Positions 1 to 6,190 of a DNA stretch of 9,563 nucleotides are shown here, piece after piece. The notes beneath the pieces were generated by a model, which worked only from the letters and a program-made list of their open reading frames with translations, was not told the origin of the DNA and searched no databases. The stretch is taken from IMG/VR virus record IMGVR_UViG_2703718802_000013, positions 1 to 9,563 of that record; one strand, written 5' to 3'. How positions within the stretch are numbered: the first letter of the stretch is position 1; each line of letters opens with the position of its first letter. The translations under genes were made by a program, and so were the position numbers. The stretch is from a virus. Taxonomy: Duplodnaviria; Heunggongvirae; Uroviricota; Caudoviricetes.

Positions 1-210
1 ATGCGTGAAATAAATGAAGATCGCGTAATCCGTGAGGATGAATGTCGTAAGTTAACTGGAGTGTGCCGCACTACACGTTACGAACTGGAGAAAAAAGGGC
101 GCTTTCCGTCACGTCTTAATCTGGGCGGTCGTTCTGTAGGGTGGCTGCTGTCCGAGGTTATGGAATGGGTTAAAAGCAGGGATCGCATTAATTCAGGTAA
201 GGCAGCGTAG
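1..210 (+). CDS. alpA: AlpA-family phage transcriptional regulator (small winged-HTH, excisionase-like)
   Basis: 69 aa ORF from the track. The segment RKLTGVCRTTRYELEKKGRFPSRLNLGGRSVGWLLSEVMEWV matches the AlpA/Vis pattern (HTH followed by G.FP...LG.RSVGW...EV..W) as I recall it. The ORF begins at window position 1, so the true start could lie upstream. Confidence 0.7.
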   Translation: MREINEDRVIREDECRKLTGVCRTTRYELEKKGRFPSRLNLGGRSVGWLLSEVMEWVKSRDRINSGKAA

Positions 211-287
211 GGGGAACATATGACACATAAAACAAAGGCGACCTGGGGCGGTCGCCAATGGGAAAACACTAAACATAAGCCCGAACA

Positions 288-503
288 TCATAGCGATTTG
301 CTGGCTGGTGGGCAATTATCTTGCTTGTTGGGGCCGTATTGTGCTGCCATTTTCATCCGTTCAGAACGTGAATATTTTTTTAGAAACTCATCAAGGACAA
401 AAGCGCATGGTGCGAATCTTTCTGATTCATGCTCTGGCGCCATATTTTCGTGCTCTCTGTCCGTTTTTTGCGATGGTGTATTGGTTGATTCTTTGTTGGT
501 CAT
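288..503 (-). CDS. small hypothetical protein (71 aa), partner gene of RHH cassette 1; paralog of 954-1181
   Basis: Track ORF starting MTN. Its C-terminal region (FVLDEFLKKYSRSER) resembles that of the 954-1181 product (FALEDFVDKYPRRLK). It sits 57 nt downstream, on the minus strand, of the RHH gene 561-734, and the intergenic element is conserved with the one before 954-1181. The SD is weak. Confidence 0.4.
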   Translation of the reverse strand: MTNKESTNTPSQKTDREHENMAPEHESERFAPCAFVLDEFLKKYSRSERMKMAAQYGPNKQDNCPPASKSL

Positions 504-560
504 TGTGTGTACCTGTAAAGCAATGCGCCGTAGTACCTCACGCCACGGCGCTGATGTTTT

Positions 561-734
561 TTATCCTTTGGGTTCAATACCGCGTTGCTGTAATTCTTTT
601 CGGAGTACTCGCTTGATCCAGGTGGCTAAAGAAGTGTCACCGTCTGCTTTCGCTGCCTCTTCAAGTTGTGCTCTGAATTCTTCTGGTAGCCGCATTTGGT
701 ATGGAGGCGATCGCTTTTCCAATGGTGTTGACAT
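561..734 (-). CDS. ribbon-helix-helix (Arc/MetJ-like) DNA-binding protein, 57 aa
   Basis: Not in the ORF track because it is under 60 aa. My minus-strand translation is MSTPLEKRSPPYQMRLPEEFRAQLEEAAKADGDTSLATWIKRVLRKELQQRGIEPKG. The beta-strand then two-helix pattern (YQMRLPEEF...LATWIKRVLRKEL) resembles Arc-type repressors. The start codon overlaps a palindromic operator. Confidence 0.5.
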   Translation of the reverse strand: MSTPLEKRSPPYQMRLPEEFRAQLEEAAKADGDTSLATWIKRVLRKELQQRGIEPKG

Positions 735-776
735 GGTAATTACCCTTAATTACTATAGTTACATGGTAATTACCAT
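733..776. promoter_or_regulatory. two copies of a palindromic operator-like site (ATGGTAATTACC at 733-744; perfect 14-bp palindrome ATGGTAATTACCAT at 763-776)
   Basis: Read directly from the sequence. GGTAATTACC is self-complementary. The two copies are 30 bp apart and overlap the start codon and presumptive promoter of the minus-strand RHH gene 561-734. Confidence 0.45.
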
Positions 777-792
777 TGTACTTACCGTTATA

Positions 793-834
793 CAAAAAAC
801 AACGCCCCGCAGTGGTGGCTCACATACGGGGCGT
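793..834 (-). terminator. hairpin (ACGCCCCG / CGGGGCGT, 8-bp stem) followed by a T-run on the minus strand
   Basis: Stem arms at 802-809 and 827-834 with a 17-nt loop. The plus-strand A-run 794-800 reads as a T-run on the minus strand. It lies downstream of minus-strand gene 954-1181. It could instead be an RNA structural element of the duplicated module. Confidence 0.4.
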
Positions 835-865
835 CTAACCAAACCATTAATTGAGGTAACGATTA

Positions 866-920
866 TGGCTATAAAAGAGCATAGCTTACTCTTTATACAC
901 ACACAAACGCCCCGGAAACG
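866..920 (+). pseudogene. 5' remnant of an Icd-like gene (first ~18 codons only)
   Basis: ATG at 866 with a GAGG RBS. The translation MAIKEHSLLFIHTQT parallels MVAVNHIPHLVHTQT at the start of the Icd-like gene 1604-1801. Homology is lost after about 55 nt and no FVWRF or TEREAR motif follows. Confidence 0.3.
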
Positions 921-953
921 GAATAATCCGTTTCATAGTTCGGTTTTGTGCAC

Positions 954-1181
954 TCATCCTGGCGGTCGGTTTTTGCCGGATTTAAGCCGCCGTGGGTATT
1001 TATCGACAAAATCTTCAAGGGCAAATTTTTCTGGTGGCATTAAGCGCGGCGCTGGTGGTGGTATTTTTGTTCTGGTTAGTTCTTCCTCAACTCTGGCGCA
1101 GGCTTCTGACTGCCTTTGCCGGATGATTTCATCATCTTGCGTTTGCGTGTCTTGTATTGGTGATAGTGTGTTGTTGGTCAT
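954..1181 (-). CDS. small hypothetical protein (75 aa), partner gene of RHH cassette 2; paralog of 288-503
   Basis: Track ORF starting MTN. It lies directly downstream, on the minus strand, of RHH-like gene 1239-1418, separated by a conserved ~50 bp element that contains a hairpin. Confidence 0.4.
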   Translation of the reverse strand: MTNNTLSPIQDTQTQDDEIIRQRQSEACARVEEELTRTKIPPPAPRLMPPEKFALEDFVDKYPRRLKSGKNRPPG

Positions 1182-1238
1182 GATACTGCCCTGTAAAGTA
1201 ATGCGCCATAGTACCTCACGCCACGGCGCTGATAGTGA

Positions 1239-1418
1239 TTATTCTGATTCTTTGGCCTTGCGACGCTGGCGGCGTTTGATTTCGCCGCGCATGGCAGTAA
1301 CGATAAATTGTGCGTCTGTTTCGTTTTCTTCTTTTACCAAATTCATTTCGCTTAAAACGTCTAGAGGTACTCTAGCAGTTTTTTGTTGTGACTTGTTGTT
1401 GGTTGTACCTGTTGGCAT
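1239..1418 (-). CDS. small DNA-binding protein, probably ribbon-helix-helix (59 aa)
   Basis: Shares the track ORF 1239-1586 frame, but I start it at the internal ATG at 1418, which is preceded by a strong SD (minus-strand AGGAGAACAGAG then ATG). The product MPTGTTNNKSQQKTARVPLDVLSEMNLVKEENETDAQFIVTAMRGEIKRRQRRKAKESE aligns loosely with the 561-734 RHH protein (RLPEEF...LATWIKRVLRKEL versus RVPLDV...AQFIVTAMRGEIKR). Confidence 0.45.
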   Translation of the reverse strand: MPTGTTNNKSQQKTARVPLDVLSEMNLVKEENETDAQFIVTAMRGEIKRRQRRKAKESE

Positions 1419-1484
1419 CTCTGTTCTCCTTACTGTTAGGTGGTGTTCAGTATACGGAGAAAAAAAAATAAAAAAAGACTTGAA

Positions 1485-1529
1485 GTGCAAGTCACCTAAA
1501 AGTAACCTAGATTTCAAGGTGACTTGCAC
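1485..1529. promoter_or_regulatory. perfect 13-bp inverted repeat GTGCAAGTCACCT - N19 - AGGTGACTTGCAC (operator-like) in the divergent intergenic region
   Basis: Read directly. It lies between the minus-strand RHH-like gene (start 1418) and the plus-strand Icd-like gene (start 1604). A TATACT -10-like hexamer for the minus-strand gene is at 1451-1456. Confidence 0.45.
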
Positions 1530-1530
1530 C

Positions 1531-1572
1531 AAAAAAACAACGCCCCACAGTGCTGGAACACATGCAGGGCGT
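1531..1572 (-). terminator. hairpin (ACGCCC / GGGCGT) with a minus-strand T-run; paralog of the 793-834 element
   Basis: Stem arms at 1540-1545 and 1567-1572. The plus-strand A-run 1531-1539 is a T-run on the minus strand. About 75 percent identical by eye to 793-834 and its flank. Function uncertain (terminator or RNA structure). Confidence 0.35.
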
Positions 1573-1603
1573 CTAACCACAAACACTATAGAGAGGTAAA
1601 TTT

Positions 1604-1801
1604 ATGGTTGCCGTAAATCATATACCACACCTTGTACACACACAAACTGCCTTTGTGTGGCGTTTTCTGGCACTGAGTGCCGGAGAATCTCAAATCATCC
1701 ACGTAACCGCCTGGACGGAACGCGAAGCGCGTAACCTTTGCCCGTCCGATTGTGTTGCTGTATACGCCGCCCGTATTCGCCAGGGGTCACATCATGCGTA
1801 A
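1604..1801 (+). CDS. Icd-like small protein (host cell division inhibitor Icd-like family), 65 aa
   Basis: Track ORF with RBS GAGAGG. The motifs FVWRF ... TEREAR ... AARIRQG match what I recall of the Icd-like proteins annotated in enterobacterial P4-like and PICI elements. Paralogous to 2088-2261. Confidence 0.5.
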   Translation: MVAVNHIPHLVHTQTAFVWRFLALSAGESQIIHVTAWTEREARNLCPSDCVAVYAARIRQGSHHA

Positions 1802-1988
1802 AAACCGCTTGCAAAAAATTATAACGGGGCTGTATGCTTCCCCCGTCGCCCACATGGCGACCGGGTTTAGCAGCCTGAATACTACAGCGGACAGCCGCTT
1901 ACATTCCGATATGCGGTTTTTTTGTGTCCGTAAGCCTACCCATACCCGCATTATGGCGGGGCGTAACGGGGGAGCCTTTGCGCTCGCT

Positions 1989-2081
1989 GGTTCCTGTAGT
2001 GCCAGTCTGCTAACCCTGTTACGTCTCGCCACCCCGTTTAGCAGCGTAGTAGCGAGACTCCTTAATTTCACTACAGGAGCC
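1989..2081 (+). promoter_or_regulatory. candidate antisense pairing pair: 1989-2003 (GGTTCCTGTAGTGCC) is complementary to the RBS region of the second Icd-like gene at 2068-2081 (TCACTACAGGAGCC)
   Basis: The reverse complement of 1989-2003 is GGCACTACAGGAACC, against ACTACAGGAGCC at the RBS: 12 contiguous pairs if one G-U wobble is allowed, covering the AGGAG SD. This resembles the seqB/seqC logic of P4 CI RNA and P1 c4 RNA. RNA boundaries are unknown. Confidence 0.3.
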
Positions 2082-2087
2082 TTTCAC

Positions 2088-2261
2088 ATGGCTGTATCCG
2101 CACGCCCTTACTTTGTCTGGCGCTTTATGCAGTGCCACCACAGCAGCATTGCAATATTCACCGTTACCGCTGCCACTGAGTGCGAAGCCCGCGCCCAGCT
2201 GCCGCGCGCACATCTGATTTTTGTCGCCCGCATTCGCCAGGGGGAAACCTATGCACAATAA
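2088..2261 (+). CDS. Icd-like small protein, second paralog (57 aa)
   Basis: Internal ATG at 2088 of track ORF 1752-2261, preceded by AGGAG at 2075-2079 with an 8-nt spacer. The product MAVSARPYFVWRFMQ...TECEARAQLP...FVARIRQGETYAQ shares FVWRF, EAR and ARIRQG with 1604-1801. Confidence 0.5.
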   Translation: MAVSARPYFVWRFMQCHHSSIAIFTVTAATECEARAQLPRAHLIFVARIRQGETYAQ

Positions 2262-2481
2262 AACCACACCGGACGCAGCAGAAGAAGCAATGCAAATACT
2301 GATACGTGCGCTCGTTGATGTTACCCACATGGTGGAGATTATGGAGAGAAAATCACAGTCGGAGCACGACAAAAGAAAACTTAAAACAATAAAAATAATT
2401 GCCAAAAACTCGCTGATAAAAGTTACAGACATCCTTAATGAGGACATTAAAAGAATAAGGGAGAAAATTTGTGATGCATAA
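2251..2481 (+). CDS. hypothetical protein (76 aa)
   Basis: ATG at 2251 preceded by AGGGGGA. It overlaps the end of the Icd-like gene and sits in the same-strand operon leading to the primase. No recognisable motif. Confidence 0.4.
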   Translation: MHNKTTPDAAEEAMQILIRALVDVTHMVEIMERKSQSEHDKRKLKTIKIIAKNSLIKVTDILNEDIKRIREKICDA

Positions 2482-2701
2482 AATCCCTTTTGAAGTATTA
2501 ATCCACTCTGAAAACGCATTAATTAAAGCACGCGAAATGAATGCGTTGTTAATTAAATTAATTGAAGTGCCGGAAGGTGGTGAGGAATCAGGTGTATTAA
2601 TGTTTGCAGCCATTCAGACATTACTATCGCCTGTTATTGATGAACTGGATAAGGCAATGGCAATTCACGAAAATAATAACGCGCCCCACACCGGAGAATA
2701 A
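2474..2701 (+). CDS. hypothetical protein (75 aa)
   Basis: ATG at 2474 (the track starts at GTG 2471), with GGGAG upstream. Overlaps the previous ORF by a few nt. No recognisable motif. Confidence 0.4.
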   Translation: MHKIPFEVLIHSENALIKAREMNALLIKLIEVPEGGEESGVLMFAAIQTLLSPVIDELDKAMAIHENNNAPHTGE

Positions 2702-2706
2702 AAATA

Positions 2707-3006
2707 ATGAAACTTAAATATTCTGGCTTAACTGCCAGTGGCAACACTCACCCTAAATTTACGCGCGGTGATATTTACCGCGACCAGTACGGCGGCACGG
2801 TAATGATTAAGGGCGTGGCGGGACGGTGCGTAACTTACCGCCGTGAAGGTTACGAATATGATTGCGTGATGCCTGTTTATCAGTTCCGGCGTGATTTTTC
2901 TCTGGTACAGACCGCGCCGCATAACGTGCCCACCAGCAGGGAGAAAGCACGCGCCAATATTCAGGAAATAAAAAAGATGCTTAACGTATTCAGGGGTAAA
3001 AAATGA
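2707..3006 (+). CDS. hypothetical protein (99 aa)
   Basis: Track ORF with RBS GGAGAA about 9 nt upstream. Its stop overlaps the start of the primase gene (3003), suggesting translational coupling. Confidence 0.45.
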   Translation: MKLKYSGLTASGNTHPKFTRGDIYRDQYGGTVMIKGVAGRCVTYRREGYEYDCVMPVYQFRRDFSLVQTAPHNVPTSREKARANIQEIKKMLNVFRGKK

Positions 3007-5147
3007 AACTGGCACCGAACGTAAAACAGCAGTCACGCGGCATAAAACACAAAGAAACAGAAGTCATTATTTTTGCGGGTAGTGATGCCTGGTCACACGC
3101 AAAACAATGGCAGGAACATGACGCGCGTATGGCCGGAGATAATGAGCCTCCTGTGTGGCTTGGGGAGCAGCAGTTATCCGAACTGGATAAGCTGCAAATT
3201 GTGCCGGAAGGCAGAAAATCAGTACGCATATTCAGGGCCGGACATCTTGAGCCAGTAATGATCAAGGCGATTGGTCAGAAACTGGCGGCGGCAGGCGTAC
3301 AGGATGCAAATTTTTACCCTGAGGGAATGCACGTTCAGAAGGTGGAGAACTGGCGCGAATATCTGGCCCGTGAGCGGCAGAATCTTTCTGATGGTCTGGT
3401 TATTGAGCTTCCGGTAAAGAAAAAAGATACCGGAAGTCATAGCGATGACGAATTAAAGCCACGCGTTGAAAGTCGCGCCGATGGTGTTTTCTGGGTAACG
3501 CCCAAAGTGGATAAGCAGTCAGGCGAAATTATCCGGCCTGAGACGTGGTTATGTTCTCCGCTTGAACTACTGGGAACGGGGACGATCGGTAAAGAGCATT
3601 ACCGCGTGATGCGCTGGAAAAAAACCGCAAACCATGAAGTCATCACAATGGCGATCCCGTGTGGTGGTATCGGCGACCGTGACGGCTGGCGGTTACTTAA
3701 AGATCACGGGCTGAACGTGACAACCAACGGCAAATACAGGGCAATCCTGGCGGACTGGATGCAGTTAAGCGGAAGCCATGAGGAATGGCAGTTAAGCACA
3801 ACAACGGGCTGGCATTTTGGCGCGTACATCATGCCGGACGGTTCGATCATTGGTGATTCTGAAAAACCGATCCTGTTTACCGGAAAAAGCGCCGCGATTA
3901 ACGGTTATTCCGTGGCGGGTACGGCGGAGGGCTGGCGCGAGAGTGTGGCGCGGCTGGCTGGCGGTAATGCCTCAATGATGCTGGGTGTGGCAACGTCACT
4001 GGCAGCGCCTTTAATTGGCCTTGTGGGTGCTGACGGCTTCGGGGTGCATCTTTTCGAACAGTCATCGGCAGGTAAGACCACCACGCAGAACATCGCATCA
4101 AGTTTATGGGGAGAGCCGGACGCGCAGCGGCTGACCTGGTACGGCACGGCGTTAGGTATTGCCAATGAGGCCGAGGCCCATAATGACGGGCTTTTACCAC
4201 TGGATGAGATAGGCCAGGCCGGAAATGCGCGGGAAGTGTCAACGTCTGCTTATACGCTGTTTAACGGTTCAGGGAAATTGCAGGGGGCGAAGGATGGCGG
4301 CAACAGGGAGATCAAACACTGGCGAACGGTGGCAATCAGCACCGGAGAAATGGACGTTGAGACATTCCTCAAAAGTGAGGGGATAAAAGTTAAGGCGGGG
4401 CAGCTTGTCCGACTGCTTAACGTTCCGATGGAAAAAGCCACGAAATTTCACGAATACAGCAACGGTAAGGAACATGCTGACGCGTTAAAGGATGCCTGGA
4501 CAGCAAATCACGGGGCGGCGGGTCGTGAGTGGGTTAAATGGCTGGCAGGCCACCAGCAGGAGGCAAAGGACACGGTAAGGGAATGCCGCGAACGGTGGCG
4601 CAACCTGATACCGGAGAGTTACGGCGAGCAGGTCCACCGCGTGGGTGAACGTTTCGCCATACTGGAGGCCGCGCTTGTGCTTTCCGGTCATGTAACTGGC
4701 TGGGTCGTGCAGGAATGCCGCGACGCGATACAGCATAACTTTAATGCCTGGGTGAAAGAGTTCGGTACGGGCAACAGGGAACACAGGCAGATTATTGAAC
4801 AGGCTGAGGCGTTTCTTGCGGCCTATGGCCTGAGCAGGTTCGCCCCTGTCAATTATGACCCTGCCAGCCTGCCGATTTCAGAACTGTACGGCTACAGGGA
4901 AAGCGACGGGCGTTATGACGAGCCTGTTTTGTTTTACGTGCTGCCGGAGCCGTTTAGCTCACATGTGGCGAAGGGATTTAACAAGGATGCCGTAGCAAAG
5001 ACCCTTCATGAAGCCGGAATGCTGAGAAAACCAGCCAGCGGGCGGGGATGGCAAATCAGGACACCACGACTAAAACACCTGAAAGGGGCGCGGCTAAGAG
5101 TGTATGGCCTTTTGCTGACGCAGGACCACGATGCTGAAAATGATTAA
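3003..5147 (+). CDS. satellite-type primase/replication initiator (P4 alpha-like or PICI Pri-Rep-like, with a P-loop NTPase motif)
   Basis: 714 aa track ORF with an AGGGG RBS. It contains a deviant Walker A-like motif (SSAGKTT, encoded around 4068-4090). Its size and its position just upstream of an iteron array match replication proteins of P4-like and PICI elements. The domain assignment (DUF927-like) is from memory, not a search. Confidence 0.65.
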   Translation: MKLAPNVKQQSRGIKHKETEVIIFAGSDAWSHAKQWQEHDARMAGDNEPPVWLGEQQLSELDKLQIVPEGRKSVRIFRAGHLEPVMIKAIGQKLAAAGVQDANFYPEGMHVQKVENWREYLARERQNLSDGLVIELPVKKKDTGSHSDDELKPRVESRADGVFWVTPKVDKQSGEIIRPETWLCSPLELLGTGTIGKEHYRVMRWKKTANHEVITMAIPCGGIGDRDGWRLLKDHGLNVTTNGKYRAILADWMQLSGSHEEWQLSTTTGWHFGAYIMPDGSIIGDSEKPILFTGKSAAINGYSVAGTAEGWRESVARLAGGNASMMLGVATSLAAPLIGLVGADGFGVHLFEQSSAGKTTTQNIASSLWGEPDAQRLTWYGTALGIANEAEAHNDGLLPLDEIGQAGNAREVSTSAYTLFNGSGKLQGAKDGGNREIKHWRTVAISTGEMDVETFLKSEGIKVKAGQLVRLLNVPMEKATKFHEYSNGKEHADALKDAWTANHGAAGREWVKWLAGHQQEAKDTVRECRERWRNLIPESYGEQVHRVGERFAILEAALVLSGHVTGWVVQECRDAIQHNFNAWVKEFGTGNREHRQIIEQAEAFLAAYGLSRFAPVNYDPASLPISELYGYRESDGRYDEPVLFYVLPEPFSSHVAKGFNKDAVAKTLHEAGMLRKPASGRGWQIRTPRLKHLKGARLRVYGLLLTQDHDAEND

Positions 5148-5172
5148 TCTCGCGTGTAGGAGGTAAAAATAT

Positions 5173-5474
5173 GTTGTCCCAGTCGTCCCAGTAAGCAACA
5201 AGCAATCGTAACACATTGAATTACATAAATTTCACTTACAAAAAGTGGGACAACAGCGGGACAACATTCAGGCATTTTGGGACAACATAGCGGCATTTTG
5301 GGACGACACGACACGTATTTTTTACCGTGCTGGAGGGTGGGACAACACAAAAACCCTCATGTCGTCCCAAAATCGCCTTATGTCGTCCCACTTTGTGGAG
5401 TATGTTTTTAATAAAATCAACAGGTTAACATTAAGTGGGACAACCGGGACAACTGGGACGACGTGTTTTGTATA
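5173..5474. repeat. iteron array (about 12 copies of GGGAC(A/G)AC in both orientations) with an adjacent AT-rich stretch; presumptive origin of replication
   Basis: Read directly. Plus-orientation copies are at 5247, 5258, 5279, 5300, 5339, 5447, 5456 and about 5465. Minus-orientation copies (GTTGTCCC or GTCGTCCC) are at 5173, 5182, 5361 and 5382. AT-rich TGTATATATATAC lies at 5477-5490. It is immediately downstream of the replication gene. Confidence 0.6.
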
Positions 5475-5502
5475 TATATACGAAAAAATCGAGATCTGAA
5501 CT

Positions 5503-5751
5503 ATGAAGTTAAACCGCAAACAACCACACTACCGCGCCATTGACCTTACAGAGCACTGGCTGAGAGTGGCGATAAAAATCATCGACCGCAACACGGTGGA
5601 AGGATACGCGAAAGCACATCCCGAACTGATAAGCGCATTCATGACCACAGCGGCGGCAAACTTTGCCACGCTGACAGAACGGGAGATTGCCGAAGCGGAA
5701 CAGGTAACAACCATCAACGTAAAAACCGGAGAGTCAGGCGATGATACATGA
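5503..5751 (+). CDS. hypothetical protein (82 aa)
   Basis: Track ORF following the iteron region. No recognisable motif. Confidence 0.45.
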   Translation: MKLNRKQPHYRAIDLTEHWLRVAIKIIDRNTVEGYAKAHPELISAFMTTAAANFATLTEREIAEAEQVTTINVKTGESGDDT

Positions 5752-5989
5752 CCGCATAGCGGAGGAACTCGAGGCGAAAGGATTTTACCGGAGGGCGGCG
5801 GCGCGATGGGGTGAAGTCATGCAGCTGGTGGAGACAGACAAGGAACGGCATCAGGTTACGATGCGACGGCTGGAATGTTCCAGGAAGGCACAGAGGCCAC
5901 CGGAGCCGCCAACGGAGAACTATGCAGACCTGAGAAATGCAGTAAATCGCACTTACGCAGACATGGGGCTGAGCAAATTAGCAGAGTAG
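5741..5989 (+). CDS. small regulator, possibly PerC-family transcriptional activator (82 aa)
   Basis: ATG at 5741 preceded by GGAGAG with a 7-nt spacer. The N-terminus MIHDRIAEELEAKGFYRRAAARW resembles my recollection of PerC-like proteins common in P4-like islands. The family assignment is tentative. Confidence 0.45.
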   Translation: MIHDRIAEELEAKGFYRRAAARWGEVMQLVETDKERHQVTMRRLECSRKAQRPPEPPTENYADLRNAVNRTYADMGLSKLAE

Positions 5990-6012
5990 GAATACCAGAA
6001 CCACACCACACA

Positions 6013-6034
6013 GCCGGAGCAATCCGGCTTTTTT
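6013..6034 (+). terminator. rho-independent terminator (GCCGGA-gcaa-TCCGGC followed by TTTTTT)
   Basis: Read directly: stem arms at 6013-6018 and 6023-6028, T-run 6029-6034, downstream of the 5741-5989 stop. Confidence 0.6.
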
Positions 6035-6040
6035 GCGCCC

Positions 6041-6082
6041 AAAAAAAGCCCGATAAGGTCAGAGGTGGCTTATCGGGCTTTT
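6041..6082. terminator. second, bidirectional-looking terminator (A7 - GCCCGATAAG ... CTTATCGGGC - T4)
   Basis: Read directly: 10-bp stem arms at 6048-6057 and 6069-6078, flanked by an A-run and a T-run. Confidence 0.6.
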
Positions 6083-6158
6083 GCATATGAGGCTTTTTGG
6101 TGCACTGACACACATGATCGGGATAATCATTTCATAATTTGCAATACAACTCAATATC

Positions 6159-6190
6159 ATTGCACAAAATGCAATCATGATTATAATCAT
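6159..6190 (+). promoter_or_regulatory. near-consensus sigma-70 promoter (TTGCAC - N16 - TATAAT) embedded in two dyad elements
   Basis: -35 TTGCAC at 6160-6165 and -10 TATAAT at 6182-6187. The dyad ATTGCA-caaaa-TGCAAT (6159-6175) overlaps the -35, and the perfect 14-bp palindrome ATGATTATAATCAT (6177-6190) contains the -10. It lies 54 bp upstream of the capsid operon start at 6244. Confidence 0.5.

Noticed and set aside
1362-1386. Palindrome CTAGAGGTACTCTAG followed by a T-run, a possible plus-strand terminator
   Set aside because: It lies inside the minus-strand RHH-like coding sequence (encoding ARVPLDV) and the stem is only 6 bp. Probably coincidental.
220-1599. Long plus-strand ORF (459 aa) spanning the region between alpA and the Icd-like gene
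   Set aside because: The translation is Cys/Ser-rich and low-complexity. It runs antisense through four better-supported minus-strand small genes with RBSs and operators, and through two hairpin elements. It is most likely a chance open frame.
1881-1891. Candidate upstream seqA-like target (ACTACAGCGGA) for the putative antisense element
   Set aside because: Only 7 contiguous complementary positions to 1989-2003, too weak to call.
1752-2261. 169 aa plus-strand ORF fusing the inter-Icd region to the second Icd-like gene
   Set aside because: Only the last 57 codons resemble Icd-like proteins and have a good SD (AGGAG, 8-nt spacer). The upstream part has odd composition, is open on both strands (minus ORF 1787-2071) and is better explained as structured noncoding sequence.
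2019-2613. Minus-strand ORFs 2019-2519 and 2353-2613 opposite the Icd-like and small-gene operon
   Set aside because: Low-complexity hydrophobic translations with no RBS, antisense to a compact same-strand operon with coupled starts.
3898-4784. Minus-strand ORFs (3898-4242, 3905-4165, 4250-4475, 4485-4784) inside the primase gene
   Set aside because: They lie entirely antisense to a long, well-supported coding frame and have Pro/Arg-rich translations typical of GC-rich antisense frames.
5171-5194. Seven-codon micro-ORF (MLSQSSQ) with a strong SD just after the primase stop
   Set aside because: Too short to call as a gene and it overlaps the first iterons. Noted under the origin finding only.
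5173-5474. Possible CRISPR array suggested by the many short repeats
   Set aside because: Repeat units are only 8 bp, occur in both orientations with irregular spacing, and have no uniform spacers. This fits iterons, not a CRISPR array.
5245-5519. ORFs 5245-5499 (+) and 5322-5519 (-) inside the iteron region
   Set aside because: The repeated WD and VVP peptides are direct translations of the GGGACAAC iterons. No RBS, and the region is better explained as an origin.
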